DNA from: a cyanobacterium endosymbiont of Epithemia turgida isolate EtSB Lake Yunoko
Lineage (GTDB): Bacteria; Cyanobacteriota; Cyanobacteriia; Cyanobacteriales; Microcystaceae
Assembly (NCBI RefSeq): GCF_000829235.1
Contig: NZ_AP012549.1
Span: 2,730,001 to 2,762,000, forward strand
Direction: 5' to 3'
Length of the DNA: 32,000 nt
Shown: piece by piece, positions 20,258 to 28,541 of the stretch
Layout of the letters: every line of letters starts with the position of its first letter
How positions within the stretch are numbered: the stretch's first letter is position 1
Made by a program: the position numbers and the translations under genes
Notes under the pieces: model-generated
The model's input: only the letters and a program-made list of their open reading frames with translations
What the model was told of the DNA's origin: nothing
The model's database searches: none

Positions 20258-20791
20258 ATGAAACTATTAGAAGAACAACGACCAACCTGGGATGAATACT
20301 TTTTAATGATCGCTAAACTAGCAGCAACGAGATCAACCTGTTTAGCATTTCCTGTCGGTGCAGTTATTGTCAAAGATCGACAAGTATTAGCCACAGGGTA
20401 TAATGGTTCTCCGTCAGGATCAGTTCACTGTACTGCCCAAGGATTTTGTTATAGCGAATTAAGTAGCTGTAATGCTTCTAACAGCTTACCGTCCCGTGCG
20501 GTTCATGCAGAAGCAAACGCAATTGCCCAAGCAGCAAGACATGGAATTACCACCGATGGTTCGGTTGTTTATATTACCTTAGAACCCTGCATTTCTTGTT
20601 TGAAATTAATTATTTCTGCTGGTATAAAAAAAGTTTTCTACGAAACCGAATTCAATAGCGGAGATAAACTTTTAGTTAGAGATTCTTTTGTCAAAGATGG
20701 TTTAGTGACTTTAACTCAAATTAGACTTTCTAAAAAAATGGCACAACGAGCCTCATTATTCCTATTGAATCCGATATCAATTGCTAAATAG
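20258..20791 (+). CDS. dCMP deaminase (ComEB/deoxycytidylate deaminase family)
   Basis: It has the zinc-binding motifs VHAEANAI and LEPCISCLKLI. The N-terminal WDEYFLMIAKLAATRSTC is typical of dCMP deaminases. Confidence 0.88.
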   Translation: MKLLEEQRPTWDEYFLMIAKLAATRSTCLAFPVGAVIVKDRQVLATGYNGSPSGSVHCTAQGFCYSELSSCNASNSLPSRAVHAEANAIAQAARHGITTDGSVVYITLEPCISCLKLIISAGIKKVFYETEFNSGDKLLVRDSFVKDGLVTLTQIRLSKKMAQRASLFLLNPISIAK

Positions 20792-21003
20792 AAATAGAAA
20801 TTTAGGCGACCCCTAAAAATGCCCATTAATACTAAGAACACATTTTAATTAATTAAATTATTATTAATATAATATCTATTGCTCGACTCTTCCTTCAATT
20901 GCATTTTTACAATATACTTTAGCTCTAAGTCCTAAGAGATTGTAAGTAGTATTGCTCCCTCTTGAACCCTTACTTTGAATTTTAAACGGAGAGAAATCTT
21001 GTC

Positions 21004-22053
21004 GTGAGTATTTTATTAGCCGGAGATGTTGGTGGAACCAAAACAAGTTTACGTGTAGTTAAATCAGAATCTCCTGACAATACAAACAACGTACCAGAGC
21101 AAACAACCTTATATGAAAAAACATATCCAAGTCAAAAATACTCCGATCTCGTGCCGATGTTACAAAAGTTTATTCAAGAGGCAACTGAGAACTTAAATCA
21201 ATCTTTTAAGATAGAAAAAGCTTGTTTTGGGATAGCTGGTCCTGTGGTGAATAATACTTCAGAACTAACCAATTTAAATTGGTATTTAGACGGTGATCGC
21301 TTGCAACAAGATCTATACTTAAACAAGGTTACCCTAATCAATGACTATGTTGCCATCGGCTATGGCATTTTAGGACTAACTTCTGACGACTTGTTTATTT
21401 TACAAGATGTTCAGTCTGATCCCCAAGCTCCGATTGCCATTTTAGGAGCTGGAACTGGTTTAGGAGAATGCTTTTTAGTCCCTTTGACCTCAGGAAATCC
21501 TCGTGTTTTTGCCTCAGAAGGAGCTCACGCAGATTTTTCCCCTCGTTCCGCCCTAGAATTTGAATTACTTAACTATATCAGTAAAAAATCTAATTTAGAG
21601 CGGGTATCGGTAGAAAGGGTAGTTTCTGGGAAGGGAATTGCCACTATTTATCAATTTTTACGTGATCGCTATCCCGATAAAGAATCAGAAACATTAGCTC
21701 AAATTTATCACACTTGGCGAGAGGACCTAGACAAAAATATAGATTTATCGAATGAAATTTCCAAAAAAGCTATAAAAAAAGACGATTACCTTTGTCAACA
21801 AGCGATGCAATTGTTCGTTGAAGCCTATGGTGCAGAAGCAGGGAACTTAGCCCTCAAATTATTACCTTACGGGGGATTATACGTTGTTGGCGGTTTTGCG
21901 GCCAAAATATTACCCTTGATGCGACAGGGAGATTTTCTTAAAGCATTTCATGCAAAAGGACGGATGAAAACGTTAATGCAAAAGATTCCTGTATATATCG
22001 TTTTAAACTCTAAGGTTGGACTAATTGGTGCTGCTTTATATGCGGCGAGATAA
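21004..22053 (+). CDS. glk: Glucokinase
   Basis: GTG start. It has the N-terminal phosphate-binding LAGDVGGTKT. The 349-aa bacterial Glk architecture includes GAGTGLG and VVGGFAAKI. Confidence 0.88.
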   Translation: MSILLAGDVGGTKTSLRVVKSESPDNTNNVPEQTTLYEKTYPSQKYSDLVPMLQKFIQEATENLNQSFKIEKACFGIAGPVVNNTSELTNLNWYLDGDRLQQDLYLNKVTLINDYVAIGYGILGLTSDDLFILQDVQSDPQAPIAILGAGTGLGECFLVPLTSGNPRVFASEGAHADFSPRSALEFELLNYISKKSNLERVSVERVVSGKGIATIYQFLRDRYPDKESETLAQIYHTWREDLDKNIDLSNEISKKAIKKDDYLCQQAMQLFVEAYGAEAGNLALKLLPYGGLYVVGGFAAKILPLMRQGDFLKAFHAKGRMKTLMQKIPVYIVLNSKVGLIGAALYAAR

Positions 22054-22134
22054 ATTAATAGACACGATCATCACTGCCAATAACTGATAGGACTGCTTGA
22101 GTTATTCTTCATTACAGAATTTTATCTCGCGTTT

Positions 22135-22599
22135 ATGGCAACTATAACTTTATCTCCTAACGTACCTGATATTTCAATTGATGATTACTGTGTTTTTGGC
22201 TTAGCAACCTGTTATCTAAAAGAAGATGGAGAATTTTTAAAAATTTAGATAATAGAACTTATTCCTTCTGCTGTATTAGAAGCTATTTTTAAAGGTATTT
22301 CTACTTCCTATCAATTAGCCTGTGCAAAATCGGTAAGGAAAGTTATAGAAAGAAAAGTATTACACAAACCCTCAGGGTTTTCTGATAACGCCAAATTTTG
22401 TTTTAATTGTACTGAAAGAATCGCAGCAACAGTACGAAGTTATAAGATACGAACGGAAGCAAAATCTCATATTCCTGAAGGAACTTCCAGAGATTATTTT
22501 AACTATTCAGTAGAAAGAAAGCGAGTTCCTAATGCAATTAATGTTGTACAGAAAAAAGATAATGTAAAGCAGCATTCTCATGCACGCCAAATACTTTAA
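22135..22599 (+). pseudogene. Conserved-hypothetical gene interrupted by a single in-frame TAG (codon 38)
   Basis: The ATG at 22135 opens MATITLSPNVPDISIDDYCVFGLATCYLKEDGEFLKI, then TAG at 22246-22248. The same frame then continues for 116 more codons (IIELIPSAVLEAIFKGISTSYQLACAK...RKRVPNAINVV...) to TAA at 22597-22599. There is no frameshift. Confidence 0.6.
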
Positions 22600-22700
22600 T
22601 TAGGGTAGTAAAGTAATCAGAAACAGAGATAATCTCCCGTCAATCAAATTAGCGATGTTAAGATAAGATTTTTCGGTCTGTTTTTGGAGCAAAAATAAAT

Positions 22701-23903
22701 CTAAGTTTTGCTTGTACTTAGTTTTTGTTCTAACTGACGACTCGCTAAGGACATCAAATAACAAAATACCCAATAAATTACAGCAATAAATAAATAAACT
22801 TCTGCATAACGACCTATAAACTTAGGGTTAGCTAGAATTGATTGAGAGATTCCTAATAAATCGACTAATCCGACAATAGCTAATAAAGAAGTATCCTTAA
22901 ATAAACTAATAAATTGACCAACAATAGTAGGAATAACAGCTTTCAATGCTTGGGGCAAGACAATTAATGTTGATACAAAGATTGTATTAAATCCTAATGC
23001 TTTGGCTGCTTCTATTTGTCCTTTCGGAACTGATTGTAATCCCCCACGGATATTTTCTGCCAAATAGGCCGAACTAAAGAACGTTAACCCTGCAATCGCT
23101 CGAATTACTCGATCAAGGCGTACTTCCATAGGCAAAATCAGAGGTAACATAACCTGAACCATGAAAAGAATACCAATTAAGGGTAACCCGCGAATTATTT
23201 CAATATAAGCAATAGATAACCATCGAATTACAAGTAAATCACTTTGTCGTCCCAAGGCTAATAAAACTCCAAAAGGAAAAGATAGTGTAATACTTATAAT
23301 AGCGGTTAACAGAGTTAGAATTAATCCACTTAAGTCATCCAGTCTAACAGTTTGAAAAAATAGTCCTCCTTGAAGTATCCAGAGAACAACAAAAAAGGTT
23401 GATAACCAAATTAATCCTAACCAAGTTTTTAGAGCGTTAAATTTTTGTCCTAACTTTTGTCCCTCCCAACTACTGATAATCAATAAAATTAGTAATCCTA
23501 GAAGTAATAAGCTAGACTGAGTACTTACAGGAATAGCTAATAGAAAAAAAAATACTGTTAACAGAGAAAGTAAACTAAGAGTAGCCGTATTAAACAGTTT
23601 TATTTTACAGTATATAATTCCCCAAGAAAACCCAGATAAAGTAATAATTATTCCTAGACTTAACCAAGCACGCCACAATAAATTAATGGGATATCTTCCT
23701 ACAAAAAATAACCGTAAATTTACTTCAATGACTTCCCATTGTGCTTGGTTAAAAGACCAATGAATTAAACTTGAACTAATCCAGTATAAAAAAAGAATAC
23801 TAATGAAAGTGAGAAGGATGTTATACCACGTACTAAAAAGATTCTTCTTCATCCAAATTAAAAGACTAATATTATACACAGGAGGTAAAACAGAATTAGG
23901 CAT
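22701..23903 (-). CDS. Polar amino-acid ABC transporter permease (AapQ/NatG-like, HisMQ family)
   Basis: 400 aa and multi-spanning. It has a conserved cytoplasmic loop, AAKALGFNTIFVSTLIVLPQALKAVIPTIVGQFISLFKDTSL. The long N-terminal TM extension is as in AapQ-type permeases. Confidence 0.85.
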   Translation of the reverse strand: MPNSVLPPVYNISLLIWMKKNLFSTWYNILLTFISILFLYWISSSLIHWSFNQAQWEVIEVNLRLFFVGRYPINLLWRAWLSLGIIITLSGFSWGIIYCKIKLFNTATLSLLSLLTVFFFLLAIPVSTQSSLLLLGLLILLIISSWEGQKLGQKFNALKTWLGLIWLSTFFVVLWILQGGLFFQTVRLDDLSGLILTLLTAIISITLSFPFGVLLALGRQSDLLVIRWLSIAYIEIIRGLPLIGILFMVQVMLPLILPMEVRLDRVIRAIAGLTFFSSAYLAENIRGGLQSVPKGQIEAAKALGFNTIFVSTLIVLPQALKAVIPTIVGQFISLFKDTSLLAIVGLVDLLGISQSILANPKFIGRYAEVYLFIAVIYWVFCYLMSLASRQLEQKLSTSKT

Positions 23904-23982
23904 AGGTTAGTATTAGATAGGATGGTAAACCGATAGTTGGGAATCGGGAACAGAGAATAGTATAAGGGAAAAGATAAAAAAA

Positions 23983-24375
23983 ATGTCAGATATTAATTAT
24001 TTTAAAGACCTAAAAATTTAGCAAAAAGGTTCGTATATTACCGGAAAGCGCTGTCTTCTCCCTAAAAAACTTCAAAAAGTTCGATATATTATAGGAGTTA
24101 ACAAAAAAGGAGTGTTGCCATAATTTTGGATAAGATAGCAGAAGGATGTAGAAAACGATATAGGGGAGAATGCATTGGATTTTCTACATGGTGCAAAGTT
24201 CTGTTATATAATGATTAACCAGAATTCCTTCAATAACCTGAGAGTGTGTTAGGTGTTTATTATCGAACTCAACAAGAAACTACGCTTAACCATCACCTAT
24301 CCAGCTAGTAGTGGACAAAATTTAATCAAAATTTTGCGGGTAATTGATTCTTTTGAGTTGACGGTTTATCATTAA
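23983..24375 (+). pseudogene. Decayed reading frame with four internal stops; weak uroporphyrinogen-III synthase (HEM4)-like resemblance
   Basis: One frame reads MSDINYFKDLKI*QKGSYITGKRCLLPKKLQKVRYIIGVNKKGVLP*FWIR*QKDVENDIGENALDFLHGAKFCYIMINQNSFNNLRVC*VFIIELNKKLRLTITYPASSGQNLIKILRVIDSFELTVYH*. The segments ITGKRCLLPK and ITYPASSGQNL recall HEM4 motifs (L-x-G-K-x-I-L-x-P-R; I-x-F-x-S-x-x-x-V-x-N). The identification is tentative. Confidence 0.25.
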
Positions 24376-24798
24376 GTTACAACTCCTGTTGTTTTAAAAA
24401 AAGAAGTGATTGTGTCCTTGTTCTTTTTGTTTTTAGGGAAGAAGCTAAACACAAATTTTTAAAAATATTTACTGTAATCAAACCATACTTACATATCATT
24501 CTTCAACCCACTAAGTAGTAATTTGTAAATAAAAGAGGTAGGTATTATAAATCTCTTATGTTATTTTTTATTCATTAGAATATGGTTAATTCTTTTTAAT
24601 TTAACATGAGAGATTATTTCACCCTATAGTAGTTTATTTTAAAGATTCTTAATTTTATCTGGTCAAGAAAACAACGGGAACATCTACACACATTGTTTCA
24701 GAAAAGAGACTAAACCCAAACTTATTAACTACTTGCTCACTCACAGGCATAAAGTCTACTGTATGTAAATATGTCCAGTAATTTTAATTAAATTTGAC

Positions 24799-24843
24799 TT
24801 AAAGAATGAGAATTACAAATTGATTGTAATTCTCATTCTTTAA
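24799..24843. repeat. Perfect 20-bp-stem hairpin (ttaaagaatgagaattacaa / ttgtaattctcattctttaa, 5-nt loop)
   Basis: Read directly from the sequence. It lies ~90 nt beyond the stop of the dead minus-strand gene 24934-25425. Confidence 0.85.
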
Positions 24844-24933
24844 ATGTTAATAAAATAATTTTTTCTATGGGTTAGTTTGCTTAGATTTTTATCTTAATTT
24901 CACTCCATTATAATTAATATTATTTCTAGTTGA

Positions 24934-25425
24934 TCATACATCAACAATTTTATTCAATGCTATCATTGGTCTAGCTATCGGCAAGAGAAACATATGAGCA
25001 TACTTTTGATAATACTGGCTAGTCAAATCGGTAATTTTTAAAAATTCTTCTTCTCAGGCTTGACAGATTAAATCCCACCCATGCTCATCATACAACAAGG
25101 AATCCCCACAGCCTTCTCTATACAAAGTTGACTTTCTAAACAATTAGAGTCTGTTTGTTTTTAAAAAATCTTGTATTTTTTGCCGAGTTGTTTTGGCGTC
25201 TATTTTCAGACTATCAGATTGGATTATTGCGACATTAAATTTTCGTAGACGCTAAATAAAATCTTTTGTAATGTAAGACTTTAGTAAATACCGAGGGACA
25301 GTAGTAACTACCATTAATAAAAAACTAGGATTTAAGGTTTGAATAGCAGCATCTAAAGAAGATAGACGAACTGTATAACCAAAAACATGACCGGTTTCAG
25401 CTAAATAGATCATAGGTTGAGCCAT
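24934..25425 (-). pseudogene. Unidentified gene with three in-frame stops and no frameshift
   Basis: 164 codons in one minus-strand frame read MAQPMIYLAETGHVFGYTVRLSSLDAAIQTLNPSFLLMVVTTVPRYLLKSYITKDFI*RLRKFNVAIIQSDSLKIDAKTTRQKIQDFLKTNRL*LFRKSTLYREGCGDSLLYDEHGWDLICQA*EEEFLKITDLTSQYYQKYAHMFLLPIARPMIALNKIVDV*. The stops are at 25254-25252 (TAG), 25146-25144 (TAA) and 25056-25054 (TGA). Confidence 0.5.
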
Positions 25426-25563
25426 GGTATTAAGTGTCTTGATTCTGTTGTTCTATAACCACGACTATGTCAACTTATCATATTGACAATTAACTAACTT
25501 AACTGGTCTCTGGAATCAATAACTGTCACAGTCAACAAATATTTATTGTCAAGACATAATAAG

Positions 25564-25635
25564 TGGGTCGCCTGGGATTCGAACCCAAGACCAATCGGTT
25601 AAAAGCCGAGTGCTCTACCGCTGAGCTAGCGACCC
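25564..25635 (-). tRNA. tRNA-Lys (anticodon UUU)
   Basis: The minus strand reads GGGTCGC-TA-GCTC-AGCGGTA-GAGC-A-CTCGG-CTTTTAA-CCGAT-TGGTC-TTGGG-TTCGAAT-CCCAG-GCGACCC-A. It forms a clean cloverleaf with a 7-bp acceptor stem and a TTCGAAT T-loop. CCA is not encoded. The top pair of the anticodon stem is a C-U mismatch. Confidence 0.9.
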
Positions 25636-25663
25636 GCTGTGCCTTATTTACACACTCTCGCAA

Positions 25664-25692
25664 ATGATAACATCGATTTTAGAGAAGTGCAA
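25664..25692 (-). promoter_or_regulatory. Candidate sigma70-type promoter for tRNA-Lys
   Basis: The minus strand reads TTGCAC (25692-25687), a 17-nt spacer, then TATCAT (25669-25664). It ends 28 nt upstream of the mature tRNA 5' end. Confidence 0.3.
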
Positions 25693-25782
25693 GCCCTATT
25701 GAAGAACTTACCTAAAACCTCTAGGGGATTGACACAGTTAGGGTTAGAAGACACTAGGAAGTTGTGACTTTTTAAAAAACAC

Positions 25783-26655
25783 TTAAATTGATTCGACACT
25801 CATTTCAAACATTGCCTCGCAAGTTGTCCCAGGGTCGAGTTCCGTTAGTTTTTTTCCTGTATTCAAGGCATTACGGGGTGCTGTCCAAGGTTCAAGACAC
25901 ACATAATCTTTTCCTTTGAGAGTCCAAAAGACAAAGGTAGAATAGATATCTGACCAACTGAGGACTAATTTTAACTTTCGGTGATTATCAGTCATAGTAG
26001 CTAAAGAACGAGTTAAAGACTGAAACCCTACATCGATTTCATCTTGGTCAAAGTTAAAGGTTCCATCATAGGAAACAATCTTTTTGGTCGCTTGATCTTG
26101 ATATTCTGAGGAGGGAATATCAAAGATAACTTTACTTTTATCAGGAATATAATAGTAAGGGTGAAAGCCAAAAGAAAAAGGCATTTTTTTCTCAGACTTA
26201 TTAGTATATTTTTGACGAATAATTAAAGAGTTCCCCTTAAGTTCATAGGTAAAATCTAATTGAAACTCGAAGGGATAAACTAGGAGGGTTTGTTTATTAC
26301 TCTTTAGGGTTATAGTTAAACTAGCACAGTTATCTGTTCCTTGTTGAGTTACTTCCCAGGGTAAATCTCGAGCAAACCCATGTTGTTTAAGAGTGTAAGT
26401 TCTGTCGCGATAAATATAGGTATTATCATGAATATTTCCACAGATAGGGAAGAGAATAGGAACTCCACCCCGAATACTCATTTCTGGTTTAGAAAACCGT
26501 TCCTTATCTAAGTAGAGAACATCTTGACCTTGGATTTTCCATAGAAGAATAATGCCTCCTCGTTCAGGAACAACTGTTATTTGAGAGATAGCTTCAGAGT
26601 CTGAGAGAATATAGGTTAAATATTGCTCTTTTTTGAAAGTAACTGAAAATGCCAT
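25783..26655 (-). CDS. Aldose 1-epimerase family protein
   Basis: 290 aa with GGVPILFPICGNI, HGFARDLPW and FGFHPYY. These are characteristic of the galactose mutarotase-like / glucose-6-phosphate 1-epimerase-like fold. Confidence 0.82.
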   Translation of the reverse strand: MAFSVTFKKEQYLTYILSDSEAISQITVVPERGGIILLWKIQGQDVLYLDKERFSKPEMSIRGGVPILFPICGNIHDNTYIYRDRTYTLKQHGFARDLPWEVTQQGTDNCASLTITLKSNKQTLLVYPFEFQLDFTYELKGNSLIIRQKYTNKSEKKMPFSFGFHPYYYIPDKSKVIFDIPSSEYQDQATKKIVSYDGTFNFDQDEIDVGFQSLTRSLATMTDNHRKLKLVLSWSDIYSTFVFWTLKGKDYVCLEPWTAPRNALNTGKKLTELDPGTTCEAMFEMSVESI

Positions 26656-27106
26656 AACTTTTATTGTTGACTCACTTTATAAACTAGACTTATGTCAAAA
26701 ACTTCATTATATAATTAACTGGGAATAAATAAAAGACAAGAACAGGTAAACAGTAAACAAAATCATAATAATTATTATCTCTTTAGAATTAAATTACTTC
26801 AGAAGTAAACCATTATTACTTCTATAATTTACACTTTTTATTTAAGTTGAATAAATGGGAAGTGAGGAAAATATCCTGTTACAGAGTTTTAAGAATTACT
26901 TTTAGATGAACGGTTAAAAAACTTAGTAAGAATAGTTAAAATTTTTTGAATAAACACTTTAATGGTACGGTATGTTTAGAAGCATTCAAACGTAAAATAT
27001 CATCAAAACGTTATTTTTTCTTAAAAAGAATTGCCTTTTATAATTATTTTTGCCGTACCCTAAACAATGATTGGTAATATTTCTTCACACCTCTTGCAAT
27101 CTGTCT

Positions 27107-28297
27107 ATGTCCATTACTCCCCAAAGTAAAGACAAAGTTTTCAAACTCAGAAATAATCGTACGGACAAAGAACTCTGCAGTGAGTGTGGATTATGTGATA
27201 CTCACTATATCCGCCATGTTTAAAGACACTTGTGCCTTTCTTAACCAACAAATCAGCAAACTTGAAGAGATAGCTCATGGTCGTAGCCACAATTTAAATG
27301 ACGAAAATGACTGGTATTTTGAAGTTTATCAAGATGTGATAGCCGCGCCCCAAAATAGCCCATCTAGGTATCACAATGGACAGGCATTGTTAGTATCATT
27401 GCTTGTGGCATGTTTACTTAAGGATGGGTAGAGGGGGTTGTCTGTCTTCAGAATACCATAGAAGACCGTTTTTAACCCATGTCTGTGATTACTAGGACAA
27501 CTGAAGAAATTTTAGCTACTAGGATGAATAAACCTAATTTTATCCCGAAAATCTTCTATTTTGGAAGAACTGAAAAAATTCGGGACAAAATTACTATTAG
27601 TAATTGGGTTGGGTTGTCAAATTAAAGCGTTATAAGCTGTAAAAAGAAAATTATCTTTGGAAAAATTTTATCTTTTGGGGATTACTTGTGTTTACAATGT
27701 AACCGGTAACAAATCAGGAAAATTCCTTGAGACCACGAGTAAATCTACTGAAACCATTGTTAATTATGAATTTATGCAGGACTCTCGTGTTCATTTAAAA
27801 TACCAAAATGGGTCGATTTTAAAAATTATTTTTGTGATTTCAAAACCAATAAACTGAAAGATATTTTTACTACCTTTGGCATGAGTTGTTTTAATTATAT
27901 TAATTTTAGACGATTTAGTGGTCGGCTATATAAGGGCATAATTCGGTTCGCAATGAGTTACCGTTTGCAATGACACTAGAGAGAAAATGTTAGGGTTGCT
28001 CAAAAACTAACTAGATACTCAAGCCCTAATTTCTAAGAGGGATAGAAAACAGGCAGTATAACAAAGTATTTTTACTTATAAGAAAGAAGTTACTCTGCCC
28101 ATGTGGGCAGCAAAGTTAATAGGGATAATCGTAGAAAAACTTGGTGTCAAAGGATTAGAGTATGCCGCTTTTCTATGGACTATCATTTAACCCGCAATTA
28201 TCTTTATGTGAAACGCAACTATCCCCGAAAATTATCTGATCATGTTCCAGAATTTGCTAAGCGAATTCTTTGGCAATTGATATTACTAAAGAATTGA
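27107..28297 (+). pseudogene. bciB: Dead FrhB-family chlorophyll-biosynthesis reductase gene (BciB ferredoxin-dependent 8-vinyl reductase / HCAR-like)
   Basis: Pieces in shifting frames read MSITPQSKDK..KELCSECGLCDTHYIRHV (stop 27218-27220 after a 1-nt shift), then KDTCAFLNQQISKLEEIAHGRSHNLNDENDWYFEVYQDVIAA. Next comes PI*VSQWTGIVSIIACGMFT*GWVEGVVCLQNTIEDRF*PMSVITRTTEEILATRMNKPN, with stops at 27365, 27419 and 27473. Further pieces are VIGLGCQIKAL, KFLETTSKSTETIVNYEFMQDSRVHLKY, DDLVVGY, VTLPMWAAKLIGIIVEKLGVKGLEYAAF and NYLYVKRNYPRKLSDHVPEFAKRI. They are colinear with my recollection of Synechocystis slr1923-type proteins over ~397 codons. Confidence 0.75.
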
Positions 28298-28541
28298 AAA
28301 TATTTGATTTAGTCACTCAGTAACTTAGTTATTAATTCCACTGCTTAGATCGCACTCAAAGTTCAGTGAGCACATGAGTATTTAAACTTAGCAAACCATC
28401 GTTAACGACCTAAAATTTGTCGGCACTAGCCTTAGCCGTTCACTTATATCTGTACTGACGAACATATCTTTTGAGTATTGACATCCGTTACAATGCCTAA
28501 AATAGCAATTTTGAAAAAAAGATTTATTTGGTCATTATCCT

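Noticed and set aside
15685-20791. Reading the tmk-like/thy-like/dut/deaminase block as a phage-derived DNA-hypermodification or anti-phage nucleotide-depletion island
   Set aside because: There are no phage structural, integrase, glycosyl- or aminotransferase genes nearby. The synthase keeps the dUMP-type Asn, and dut and the deaminase look like ordinary housekeeping enzymes. A biosynthetic thymidylate module is the more economical reading. An unusual product is not formally excluded; see the findings.
27180-28297. Three separate + strand ORFs (27180-27431, 27657-27857, 28103-28297) as genes
   Set aside because: They are colinear fragments of one disrupted BciB/HCAR-like gene in different frames. 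They are not independent small proteins.
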